Under the pieces are notes generated by a model. That model saw only the letters and a program-made list of their open reading frames with translations, searched no databases and had not been told where the DNA came from. A stretch of DNA of 64,000 nucleotides from Felis catus (lineage: Eukaryota), in contig NC_058368.1 of NCBI RefSeq assembly GCF_018350175.1, positions 111,664,001-111,728,000 of the forward strand. Direction: 5' to 3'. A program made the position numbers and the translations under genes. Of this stretch, positions 35,801-47,674 are shown piece by piece (position 1 is the first letter of the stretch; every line of letters starts with the position of its first letter).

Positions 35801-36953
35801 CACCAAAGGTAAGATGAACTTTAAACACACCTGGCACCGCGCACTCCTGCCTTTGTGCTTGGAAGGGCCACCAGCCACCTGGCTGCCGTGTCCCCCATTC
35901 ACAAGCTCTCCAGAGGAATTCTGACAGACTGACTTTTTTTCTGGGGCCACATGGTGTTCTCAAATCAGGGAATGCAGCTGCCGTGGGAGAGCTGAGGCAG
36001 CCTGTCTGGTGAGCAGCCTTGTCAGACCCTCAAAGCTTGAAGCTGCTCAGCCAAGAGAATGATTTGGGCATGAGCCTGAGGTGCGGGCGGGGCAGGGGTG
36101 GGTGGCGCTTTCTGGGATTCTCGACTCTCACCTTCAGCAGTGAACAGAAAAGGTTTTGCAAGCCTCCCAGGTGATCGCTCCCCACCCCAGCTCCCAGCTG
36201 ATGTGGTACCTCTAGCCTCCACTGGGGTCTCAGAGGGGAGGCAGGTGACTGAGCTGTGGGCCGTTTCCCCAGTTTTATGCATCTGGAATTTCCAGCCTGC
36301 CTTCTAAGTTGGGGCGACTAGAGAAGGTGCTTTATGGGCAGTAATTCTGTACGGTGAGTCGCTGAACTAGGAAGACGGCTGCTCCCCCTCGTCCCAGACA
36401 GCTTGAAGGGGCAACTAGCGTTCGACCTTCCCCACAACTGGGTAGGAAATGACCCTGTCTGGAGTGAAGTGGAAGGGCTCCTGAGTCATTCTGTCTTCCT
36501 CCCCAGCTGCTACAAGTTCATTTGTTTTAACTCTCACTCTCCTGAGATAACATGTTCCAGAGGCTGGTGAAAAAAAATGTGGTGTGTGGAGAAGTCTTGT
36601 AAGTGGGAACATTCTTGGCTGGGAGATTGAGCTGTTGAGGGAGACGTGCATGCTTTCCTGGTCCACGAAGGTGAGAGGTGATGAGGCTGTAGCGGCACTT
36701 TGGGTTTGGGGCTGATAAGACTTTTTCTTACACAATGCTGCAATCTCTGTGGTTATCACTGGAGAGGCGCATCGTAGCGTCAATCTGTAAGGGAAGGAGA
36801 AGACAAGACAGGCTTCGACACAGTCCATTGAGTTGCCCATTGTCAAGCAATCACTTAGTATTTGCTCTGGCTGTGGAGTGTCATTGCTATTAGCCACTTA
36901 ATCCCTGGGAGAGGCTGTGCTCTGGGTCACCCCCATCTTAAAGATAAAATTCA

Positions 36954-37129
36954 GGGGCACCTGGGTGGCTCAGTAGGTTAAGCATCTGACTTCAGCTCAG
37001 GTGGTGATCTCACCATTTGGGAGTTTGAGCCCCGCATCTGGCTCTCTGCTGTCAACACAGAGCCCACTTGGGATCCTCTGTTGCCCCTGTCTCTGCCCCT
37101 CTCTCTCAAAAGTAAATATTAAAAACAAA
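36954..37129 (+). mobile_element. Can-SINE (SINEC)
   Basis: TSD aaag[a/g]taaaattca at 36940-36953 and 37130-37143. Confidence 0.92.
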
Positions 37130-38020
37130 AAAGGTAAAATTCAGCCCTGCTTTTCTGCTCTGTGTGATGTCGGCACAGGCAACTGAGTGTTGCTTTGACT
37201 CCAATAGACAGACCTCTGTGACCAAAGTCCTTGTTACCAACTCCAATCCAGTTTGGATGCTGAGCTCAAATGAGGTTCAAGAGCTTAGGAACAAATGCTT
37301 ATGGAAGAACTCAAGGAGGTGACAGAGGCATCATCATACTTCTCAGGCCCCTCTCTGTGAATTTCCATGCCCCCCTCTCCCTCCCTCCCTCACCCCTGCA
37401 TGCCCCACTGGAATCGCTTCATAGTCACCTGGCTGTGGGAGAGAAGGTTGTGAAATTTTGGAATGCTACAGCAATTTGAAGACATGGAAAATGCACACTC
37501 CTTGGTTGGTCTGTCCTGTTTTCTGCCAATACAATCCGACGGAGGGGTGGGCGTGCTGATGCCAGATATAATCCAGCTAAATGAATCTCTAAGAACATAA
37601 AAGCTGTCTCACATTTTTCTTTTGTTTTTTTGTACAAGAGTCATTCTTGGCATTTGAGTGGTGTCAGATGCAATAATCCGGAATAAATCTCCAGGAAGAA
37701 AAATGCAACTAAATGTGAATGATCACTCATTTCCCATTTGTGTATTGGATGAGTCACTGGGGTGGCTACCGACAACTTCTGTTGGCTGGTCGGGATTGGG
37801 GGCAGGATCACACGGACCTGCTAAGGCCAGATCTACATCAGTCTTTGAGCCCCAGCTGGGAGAATTTTGGATTTTTGCCTTTGGGGCCATGTCCATTCTG
37901 GCTGAGGGTCACCAGAAGATGATACCGCTTGCTTCCAGGCCTCCGCAGTGACCTAGGCTTCTTCAGGAGGTCCCTGGGTGTTCTCGCCAAGTGTATCTGC
38001 TGTAAAAGACGGGCACATCT

Positions 38021-38193
38021 GGGGCGCCTGGGTGGCTCAGTCAATTGAGCCTAATATTCGGCTCAGGTCATGATCTCGCAGTTTGTGAGTTCGAGCCCTG
38101 CATCAGGCTCTGTGCTGACAGCTCAGAGCCTGGAGCCTGTTTCAGTTTCTGTGACTCCCTCCCTCTCTGCCCCTGCCCTGCTCATGCTTGCTT

Positions 38194-38230
<37 letters not shown>

Positions 38231-38250
38231 AATAAATAAAACATAAAAAA
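38021..38250 (+). mobile_element. Can-SINE SINEC_Fc with (CT)n expansion
   Basis: Full head to A-tail; TSD core gggcacat on both sides. Confidence 0.95.
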
Positions 38251-39185
38251 AAAAACAGGGCACATTTAAGTCACATGTACTCTTTGGACAGGTTAAAGTT
38301 GATGAGTTGGGGGCTGGCCTCCTGGGAACACCTGCTTATTCATCAGTGAAGGTGACGTGGCTGTGAGGCAGAACACATTGGGGCATTTGCTACAGCAAAT
38401 TTGCTAAATTTGCCCAACTTGGTAAAGCCCGATTTCAAGGGTCCCCTTCAGAATTGGAAAATCCTGCCATTGGATAGTTAACCATACATTGTTTACCTTC
38501 CCATACGGTACCTATTCCAGATTTTTCTTTTCAGTATAGGACCCGTCCATGATCACATACTGCATTTTGCTGTCTGCTCGCTTTTAATCAATGATTAATC
38601 TGGAACAGTTCTTCAGCCTTTCTTTGTCTTTCACAACCCTGTTGTTTTGTTGAAGAACAGGTCAGAATGCAGGCTGTCTGTTCCTCGGATTGGGTTAGTC
38701 GAATCCCTTGTCATGACTGGTTTCAGATTGTTCCATCCCTGGTTGGTCTGTCGTGTTTCTTCAGGACACAGCATCTGGAGGCACATGCTGTCTACCCCTC
38801 CGTGGTGATGTTCACCTGGACTTCCTGGGCAAGATGTCTGGTTACTACTGCCCTGTGTAATTAATCTTCCCCCTTGTAACTGATGACCGGTCTGTGGAGA
38901 CGCTTTGTTGTGCAAATATCCTCCCCATCAGCCCTCCCCCAACCACCCAATTCAGCACCCATTGATCATTCTTCCCCAGCCAGTCGTCATGTTGCTTACA
39001 CAGTGGTGATTGTCCGGTTTCAATACCTTGTCCTCATTTCTGGGCCGTCATTGTCCTCTGATGGAGAACACACCCTTACATCCTCCTTCCTCCTGTTCCT
39101 TTCTGGCCCCCTCCTTCCCTACTTCTGCTTCTGCATCCACTCTGCTGCGTCTCCTGCAGCATCACCAGTACGGTCTCATAGATTT

Positions 39186-39398
39186 TTAAAAATATATTTA
39201 TTGGGACACCTGAGTAGCTCAGTTGGTTAAGCGTCCGACTTCAGCTCAGGTCATGATCTTATGGCTTGTGAGTTCGAGCCCTGCGTTGGGCTCTGTGCTG
39301 ACAGCTCCGAGCCTGGAGCCTCTTCAGATTCTGTGTCTTTGTCTCTCCCTGCCCCACCCCCCCACTCTGTGTCTCTGTCTCTCAAAAATAAATAAACT

Positions 39399-39449
<51 letters not shown>

Positions 39450-39624
39450 TGAGAGAGAGAGAGAGCATCAGCAGAGGAGGGGCAGAGACAGAGGACCACA
39501 GGGGATCTGAAGTGGACTCTTGGCTGACAGCAGAGAGCCCAACACGGGGCTTGAACTCAACAACTATGAGATCATGACCTGAGCTGAGGTTGGACGTTGA
39601 ACCCACTGAGCCACCCAGGTGCTC
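39186..39624 (-). mobile_element. Can-SINE (older; body 39450-39624) with (ATTT)n tail hosting a + strand SINE
   Basis: TSD ctc[a/t]tagattt at 39175-39185 and 39625-39635. Confidence 0.85.
39203..39397 (+). mobile_element. Can-SINE SINEC_Fc
   Basis: 'gggacacctgagtagctcagttggttaagcgtccgacttcagctcaggtcatgatc...caaaaataaataaac'. Confidence 0.93.
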
Positions 39625-39939
39625 CTCTTAGATTTCTTTTTTACTCAGCAAGTTATAATCTATTACTACATTTTTTTATTTTGGTGCTTCAGTTGTCTCA
39701 CATGTAGCCAATGAGATACCCTTCAGGTTGGCCCCTGTGTCCTGTTGAAATGCCCCCATCATGACTTTGAGTTTCATTTCTCATACTAACCAGGCTTACC
39801 TTGTGTACCTTTCCTGCCCTAGTCTTGGAATCAGGCAATTGGCTAAGGAACCCTGTTTCCTTTTCCTGGGAAATATTTAAAATTTAAGACCTAGACACTG
39901 TGTGTGTCCTGTGCTACCGACCTTTTCAAGACTAGGATC

Positions 39940-40380
39940 TATATATTATACACTCACACACACTGACACATACTAGGTTTGAAACTTATAAATACATACA
40001 CACATTGAAATTATATACACGTATTCAAAAATTTACATATATACATATGATATACATATACAATATAGTATAAATCATATATACATATATAATCTAATAT
40101 GTATTATAGATATATATACAATATATTGTATATCGTATTGTATATATTATATATATTTTGTATACATATACAATATATATTATATACACACATACATTAT
40201 ACAGCATAATATATATGGACATATGCAATATAATATATATTATGTATACATATACAATTTAATACATAAGATATATACAATGTAATATATATACAATACA
40301 ATATATATTAAATATAATATACGATATATATCATATACAATGTATATATAACATGTATGTATATATAATATATATATCAT
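39940..40380. repeat. ~440-bp (TA)/(TACA)-rich low-complexity tract
   Basis: Direct reading; degenerate TA repeats. Confidence 0.92.
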
Positions 40381-40675
40381 GATTTCATGCTGTTACCCTC
40401 TGATCCATTCCATTCCCCCATGTTCCTCATTGCGTCTCCTTATCCTGTATTCAAATCTCACCTCTTCTACAGTGAGTAATCCTGGCTTCCAGTACTGTCA
40501 CACAGTTATACATATTCTGCAGCATATCTAAAATAGTTGCAAATTGCTACACCCATACCACTGTTGAGAACAAGCCTGGTTAAGAGAGTTCATGATTAGT
40601 TTGAAGCCCTTTTTCCCTCTAGACCATGGACATACACTTTATGTAATTGTTGAACAAAGTACCTTGATTAATTCT

Positions 40676-40821
40676 TTTTTTTAATGTTTGCTTATTTTTG
40701 AGAGGGACAGAGACAGGATACGAGTCAGGGAGGGGCAGAGAGAGGGAGACACAGAATCCAAGGCACGCTCCAGGCTGTCAGCACGGAGCCCGATGCAGGG
40801 TTCGAACCACCCAGGTGCCCC
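40676..40821 (-). mobile_element. Can-SINE with internal deletion
   Basis: 'gggttcgaacc|acccaggtgcccc'; TSD core gattaattct at 40666-40675 and 40824-40833. Confidence 0.88.
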
Positions 40822-40858
40822 TAGATTAATTCTATTTTACAAGATTTTTTAGAGTTTA

Positions 40859-41062
40859 GGGGCACGTGGGTGGCTCAGTTGGTTAAGTGCCCAACTTTGG
40901 CTCAGGTTGTGATCTCATTGTCCATGGGTTTGAGCCCCGCGTCAGGCTCTGTGCTGACAACTCAGAGCCTGGAGCCTGCTTCAGATTCTGTGTCTCCCTC
41001 TCTCTCTGTCCCTCCCCCACTCATGCTCTGTTTCTCTGTCTCAAAAATAAATATTAAAAAAA
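40859..41062 (+). mobile_element. Can-SINE SINEC_Fc (copy 1; duplicate at 41338-41541)
   Basis: 'ggggcacgtgggtggctcagttggttaagtgcccaac...caaaaataaatattaaaaaaa'. Confidence 0.93.
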
Positions 41063-41089
41063 TTTATTTTTAAATGAAAAAAATTTAGA

Positions 41090-41131
41090 TTTTATTTACT
41101 TATTTTGAGAGAGAACGAGAGGGGGAAGGGC

Positions 41132-41163
<32 letters not shown>

Positions 41164-41300
41164 AGAAAGAGAATCCCAAGCAGGCTCCATGCTGACAACA
41201 AGAAGCCTGATGTGGGACTTGAACCCATGGACCATGAGATCATGACCTGAGCCAAAACCAAAAGTTGGACGCTTAACTGACTGAGCCACCCAGGTGCCCC
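41090..41300 (-). mobile_element. Can-SINE (copy 1; duplicate at 41569-41792)
   Basis: 'ttttatttacttattttgagagag...gacgcttaactgactgagccacccaggtgccc'. Confidence 0.93.
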
Positions 41301-43118
41301 TAGATTAATTCTATTTTACAAGATTTTTTAGAGTTTAGGGGCACGTGGGTGGCTCAGTTGGTTAAGTGCCCAACTTTGGCTCAGGTTGTGATCTCATTGT
41401 CCATGGGTTTGAGCCCCACGTCAGGCTCTGTGCTGACAACTCAGAGCCTGGAGCCTGCTTCAGATTCTGTGTCTCCCTCTCTCTCTGTCCCTCCCCCACT
41501 CATGCTCTGTTTCTCTGTCTCAAAAATAAATATTAAAAAAATTTATTTTTAAATGAAAAAAATTTAGATTTTATTTACTTATTTTGAGAGAGAACGAGAG
41601 GGGGAAGGGCAGAGAGAGAGAGAGAGAGAGAGAGAGCAAGAGAGAGAGAGGGAGGGAGAAAGAGAATCCCAAGCAGGCTCCATGCTGACAACAAGAAGCC
41701 TGATGTGGGACTTGAACCCATGGACCATGAGATCATGACCTGAGCCAAAACCAAAAGTTGGACGCTTAACTGACTGAGCCACCCAGGTGCCCATAGATTA
41801 ATTCTATTTCTTTTCAGTGTGGTTCTCCCCTGGGGTTCTTCAGATGGTTTCTCCTAATTAGATTTACTTGAAATACAGTGTGGTTCATTTGCTTTAGTTG
41901 TAGTTTTCATTCTCATCCTTGTTGATTTCAGTGTTGCTTATGTAGAATATCAACATGCTAACAAAAGTCAAAGCTATAGAGAGGTGTCCTTGGAGAAGGG
42001 TTATCCCTTCCCACAGCCCTTTTACTGTCTCCTCTCTCATCGCTTGGAGGGAACCAATCTTATTTTTTCTATTTCTTTTTCTTCTTGTGTTTCTTCTTTG
42101 CAAAGATCAGCAAGAAACGGCTGTTTTCCTATTTCTCCATTCTTTGTTGCACAAAACGTAATGTACTATATATATTATTTGGCATCTCACTTTTTCCGCC
42201 TAATATATTCTAGAAATCACTCCATATCTGTTCATAGAGATTTTCCCCATCCTCTCTCTGTCTTTTTTTCTAGCAGCATATCACTCCACTGCATGTATAT
42301 AACCACCTATTTTCAACCAGTATCCTATGTTTGAGAATTTACGTAGTTCCCAGTGTTATGTGGCAGTGAAAATGATTTATGTGTGTAGATTTTTATGCTT
42401 GGTTGTGTATCTTTAAGGGTGATTTTTTGGAAGTAGGATTGCTGGCTGAGTCAAGGTAAACAAATTGCCAGTTTTGTTAGTATTGCCAAATTCTTCTTCT
42501 TAGGGGTTCTGTAATGCACATTCCTACCAGCAGTGTTGAAGATTGCTTGTTTCTTACAGCTCTGCCACCAGGGTATAGTGTGAAGATTTTGAATTTTTGC
42601 CAATATGATGACTGAAAACCAGTGTGTCAGTGAAGTCTTAATTTGCATTTTCTGATGATGTGTGATGTTTGTTGAACACTTTTTTTGTAGGTTTCAGAGC
42701 ATTTTAATGTCTTTTGGTGAATTGCTTGTGTATGTTTCTGGTCACTTTTCTATAGGGTTTCGGGGTCTTTATAAAGATATATTAGCCCTTTATCTGTGAT
42801 ATATGTTGCAAATAATATCTCCCAGTTTGATGTTTGTCTTTTGATTTTGTTTGTGGTGTTTGTTTTCTTTCATTTTTGTGTTTGTTTTGTTTTTGTTTGG
42901 TTTTGCCTTGCAAAACTTAAAAAATATTTTATAGTCAAAAGTAACAATGTTTATTTGATTTCATCAGATTTTTGACTCATAATTAGAAAGCTGTGCTATA
43001 CCCAAGTTACAAAATTCACTCATATTTTCTTTTCATGCTAGTATGATTTAGTTTTTAGTATTTAGATCTCTAGTCCATTTGGAACTTATTTTTAAATGTG
43101 AGTTAAGGAATGGATCTA

Positions 43119-43322
43119 TTTTTCTTATATAACACTTTCTTTTTTAAAGCTTATTTACTTATTTTGAGAGAGACAGTGCAGCAGGGGAGGAGCAGAGAGG
43201 AGGGAGAAACAGAGAATCCTAAGAAGGTTCTGCACTGTCCAAACTCAAGAAAACTGTGAGATCATGACCTGAGTCAAAACCCAGAGTCGGATGCTTAACC
43301 GACTGAGCCACCCAGGCGCCCC
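43119..43322 (-). mobile_element. Can-SINE with internal deletion
   Basis: Perfect TSD aggaatggatcta at 43106-43118 and 43323-43335. Confidence 0.92.
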
Positions 43323-44004
43323 AGGAATGGATCTAATTGTTATTTTCTTCCAAATGTCTATCTAGTGTATCAATGCCCTTGATTATAACATCCGTCTTTG
43401 TCTGAGTGATTTGAGATGTCACCTTTATGAAACCCTAAATTTTCACAGGCAGTTTGGCCTCTTTCTGGAGTTGGCAGTTTATTCCATTAGTCTGTCTCTT
43501 TATATGCCATTACCACACTGTTTTAATGATAGAGGCTTTGTAATACTTCAAAATACGTGGTAGGGCTAGCCCTCTTTTCATTGTTTGCCTCCCTATTCTG
43601 ACATATTAATTTTTCTCTATGAACCTTAGTGTCATCTTGTCCAGCTGCAGAGGAATATCTGTTGAAATTTTTATTGGGATCATATTGATAAATGAACTTC
43701 GAACTGACACGTCAATGATCTTGAGACAGCCCAACCACAAACAAGGATGTCTTTTCCATTTGTTCATGTCTACTTTGCTGTTGTTTCAGAAGTGTGTTAC
43801 AGTTTTCCTCCTATTGGTTTTCAACATTTCTTTTTAGATTTATTTGTAAGTGTGTTATCTTTTCTGCTGCTGTTGTAAATGAGGCCTTTCTCCTTTGTTA
43901 CATCTTACACTTGGTTGCTCTTTGTGCCTAGGAAGGCTGTGGACTCTCCCTGCTGATTTTACATCCTGTGAGTGTATGGAGCTATTTTATTGCTGGAGTT
44001 AGTT

Positions 44005-44503
44005 CAATGGCTCTCACTATGTGGTCTGAGTTCCTTTGGGGTTCCTGAGACCCATTTAGTGGATTCACAAGGTCAAAACAATTTTCATAATAATACTAAG
44101 ACATAATTTGCCCTTATAGCTTGCATTCTCTCTTGAGTGTACCGTGGAGTTTTCCAGAATCCACATCATGTGTGATATCATAACAGACTGCAGAAGCAGA
44201 GTGAAAATCCAGCTGTTTTCTATTAAGCTCAACAACAAAGAGATGTGCACAAATGTAAAATAATGTCATTCTCATCCCTGAAAGTGTTGGTTTATGCTTA
44301 TTTTTCAGAAAATGCGGTACTTAGGTTAACATGTTCATTGTTACTTATACCCAAATTGATCACCTTTAAATTTTCCTCAGCTTTAATTTCTAATCCAGTA
44401 ATATAAAAAGATATCCCCTACATAAACACAAGCTCTTTGAGGTCCTTAATAATTTTAAGAATGTGAAGGGGTTCTGCTTTATCAAAGATTTTGAGAAATT
44501 CTG
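44005..44503 (+). mobile_element. Charlie1-family hAT deletion derivative with both termini
   Basis: Termini caatggctctca.../...ttgagaaattctg; 8-bp TSD agttagtt (43997-44004) / agttagct (44504-44511); internal 'ggtcaaaacaattttcataataatactaagacat', 'aatccagctgttttctattaagc'. Confidence 0.85.
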
Positions 44504-44827
44504 AGTTAGCTTAATCATTTCATCTCTAGTTCTCTAGGTATGCTGTCCTGTCCTCTGCAGTCGGGTCTGCTTTACTTATTTTCCAGTTCTCAAGCCTCTT
44601 ACTGTTTGCTCCCAATTGCATTAGCTTATACTTCCAGCACAGTGTTAATAGTGGAAAAGTGGGCATCTGTGTCTTGTCCTTCCCCGCAGTGGGAATGTCT
44701 CTGGTATTTCCCCATTAAGGAATGTGCCAGACTCCTTAGGGCTGGCTTAGAATTGTGTGTTTTGTGTGTACTGAGACCTGTCTCTGAGTTTGATGCATTT
44801 CCATCATTGCCTAAAAATTCCTTTGGT

Positions 44828-44958
44828 GGGGCGCCTGGGTGACTCAGTTGATTAAGCGTCCGACTTCTGCTCAGGTCATGATCTCGTGGTCTGTGAGTTC
44901 GAGCCTCGTGTCGGGCTCTGTGCTGACAGCTCAGAGCCTGGAGCCTGCTTTGGATTCT

Positions 44959-44994
<36 letters not shown>

Positions 44995-45054
44995 CTCCTC
45001 CTCCCCTGCTCATGCTCTGTCTCTCTTTCTCAAAAATAAATAAACATAAAAATA
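44828..45054 (+). mobile_element. Can-SINE SINEC_Fc
   Basis: TSD taaaaattcctttgg at 44812-44826 and 45055-45069. Confidence 0.95.
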
Positions 45055-47674
45055 TAAAAATTCCTTTGGCATTTAGAAAAGTTTGTATTTTTAATCTACA
45101 GGTTACCTTTGTATTTATGCCTTTTTTGGTTCCCTTAATTCCTCCTTTTCTTAAACCTATACTATCTGGACTGTCAGTTTTAAATGGTATCCTTTGGCCC
45201 CCACCTATAACCTGAACAATAATCTCTGGTCATACTTTGCCTTCCCCTTTGTTATCATCTTTACGCTTTGTCAGAACGTGTAATGTTTACACTTGGATGT
45301 TACTTTGACCTCATACTTGTTTTTGTCTTGGCTCTATAATTAAATGTATTAAATGATCACCCTCAGTTCTTTTGAGTAAGCTCCCCCAAGTTATCTCTTA
45401 CAGGCTAAAGCTTCATTGGAGGAAGGGTAGATATTAAATCCTTGGCTTGCGCTCCGTCTCCTTGTGTCTTGAAAATGCTGCCTCACTCCTGCCCTATTCT
45501 GTATGTTGTTCTTAGGAAGTCTTATGCCAGCCTAAATTTCTTACTTGAATAATAATTTGATGTTTTTGCCTAAAGATCCTGAAGGTTTCGTTCTTTGTCA
45601 TTAGAGTTCAGTCGTTTTACTGGGATACATGTCTGAGTTGATCATTCTAGATCAATTTTCCAAGGCACACAGTGGGCATCTTAAATATGTTGACTGAAGA
45701 TTTTATTTCTGGCAACTTTTTTGCATTACATTGCCAAATATTATTTGTGTTGTATTGTTTTACATTTCTTCTTCATGGACTCCAATTGTACATGTGTTGG
45801 ACTATCCTTGCCTGCCTTCCATTTCAACTAGTTTCTCTCTGATTATTTTCAATTTTTAAGCTCATTTTTATCTTGCTTTATGTCTTTTTACCTTCAGTGT
45901 CTCTTATCAGATTTTCATTTGGACCTACTCTCTCTTAGTCTTTATTCCTGAAATAATTTTGACTTGTTCTGCAAAAATTTTTCCCGGAATTTGGCAAACC
46001 CTCATAGAATTTCTTCTTGATTTTCTAGGTCCCCTTCTATTCTTAGATTTTATAAGTGAATCTAGTTTTTGTTTTAATCTTCAAATGCTTGTTTTATAAT
46101 ATTTAATTCAGTTTGAAAGATGATACTTTTCTTCTGCTTCATGGTTGATTTTCTGGAGGGTGGAATTTTCATTAGCTGAAATGTTTTGATTTGTATCTTA
46201 TCTTTGTATCGTATCTTAGTATGAAATTAGTCTGATTTTTCCTCTTCCCCACCCCTCAGCGGTTTGTGAAGAGGGTTTCCTGTTTCAAGGGCACCCTCTT
46301 CTGTCAGTATAGCAAATTGCAGCTGATTGAATAAGTAGTTCTGGAAGTGGGGAGAGGGAGGGCTTTTGTTTTTCTTTCTTTTTTCTTTTCTGCAGGATTC
46401 TTGGTTTTCCACTCTTCCTAATTTTTCTCGACTGCCACATCTCTCAGGAGCAGCACATCTTGTTCATTTATTTCTTCCTCCTTTGAGAATCGTATTTCTT
46501 GACATTGCCACCTCCAACCCTGCTCACTTTGAGGTAACTTCCCTGCAGCCAGTATTGTGAACTATTAGGTTTCAGACTTAAGTTCATCATTTTGCATTTG
46601 GTGGATATATTTCTTAAGCTTTGTTGAGATATAAGTGAGGACTATTTTGCATTTAGGCTGGACTTTTCCTTTCTGGATGATTCTGTGTTTCAGCTATGTT
46701 CTCCACTCCCTTCTCCTTTTCTTCATAGAATTTCTTAAGTCTCCCATTTGTGCTGCCCATATCTACAGACTCGCAGTAATGGTAGGTGATCTGTTGGAAT
46801 TCGGTGCTTATCTCCATGCTTACATGTTATTTGAAGTGCATAGTATTGTCCAGTTAGTGATGCTAAAAGTATGGGTCATGTGTAGACTTTTGTGTGTGTG
46901 GCTTGTTTTTTCCCCTTGTTGATTGTAGCTTTGTTTTTCTTGCCTTCAATTTTTAGATGTGAGGAGTTGTTAGGATTTAGGAGGTCGCCATTACCTTCCA
47001 ATCTTATTGCTGACTAAACAGTGAAAATAGTGATTTTCAAAGGAACTTCTGTCATCCAACAAATGATTGTAAAATGACTTAGATTAATGTATTTGGTGAA
47101 AAGACCACTAAATGTGTTAGCCATGTTTACATTTATTCAGCGGGGGAAATGCCCCATAGTGGAAGATTTTAGAGATTGTTTCATACCAAATAGGATGTAA
47201 ATGTCTCCTGGGAGAAATGAGGCCTCTTTAGAAAGAGAATTGTTCTTAGAAACACTTATCCCGAAACCGTTTCAATTTTAATGCCGGCATTTTCCTACTA
47301 TTCCTATGTTCAAGAACCCCTGCTCTCATCTTTTTTGCTGGTCATTTGCATAATGTTAAGTTTTCAGTAATTTTTCTTTTTTAAGCGTACAGAGAAATGC
47401 TCTGAACACTTATTTTTTTCTTGATGGGGATAAGTTCAGTCTGAACTTTCTCTCTTCACCTTTATAGGTGAGAAGAGCCTGGATTCTTCCAAGCAGCTGC
47501 TAACAAAGGAATAAAAAAACAAATCAGGAGGTTGTCTTTCTAATGAGGCAACCACAGATCAATTGCTTCTTGGAGCTATTGATTCAGTGTTTCCATGTAG
47601 TGGTTTCCTAGGGTTTTTCTTACTCAATTTCCAATAGGTTTTTTTTCCCCCTCAAAGAATCTTCATAAAAATGA

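Larger units (their letters stand above)
38490..40660 (-). mobile_element. Old L1 (L1MC4/5-like) 3' region, antisense, interrupted by SINEs and an AT-rich tract
   Basis: 'aatctggaacagttcttcagcctttctttgtctttca', 'ttcaggttggcccctgtgtcct', 'ccctagtcttggaatcaggca...aaggaaccctgtttccttt', 'acagtgagtaatcctggcttcca'. Confidence 0.7.
40807..41809 (+). repeat. Tandem duplication: copy 1 40807-41285 (479 bp), copy 2 41286-41778 (493 bp), plus terminal 31-bp repeat
   Basis: Copies match except a g/a difference at 40939/41418 and 14 extra bases in the (GA)n tract of copy 2. Confidence 0.95.
41815..46995 (-). mobile_element. Old L1-family sequence (L1ME/HAL1-like), antisense, fragmented by two SINEs and a Charlie element
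   Basis: Long T-rich tract with antisense ORF2-like phrases ('attgccaaatt...cacattcctaccagcagtg', 'cctttatctgtgatatatgttgcaaata', 'gccattaccacactgttttaatgatagaggctttgtaata') and 5'/ORF1-like sequence after 45400. Confidence 0.65.

Noticed and set aside
40807..41809. Three spaced 31-bp direct repeats superficially like a CRISPR array
   Set aside because: Spacers are ~450 bp, near-identical and SINE-derived; eukaryotic DNA with no cas genes
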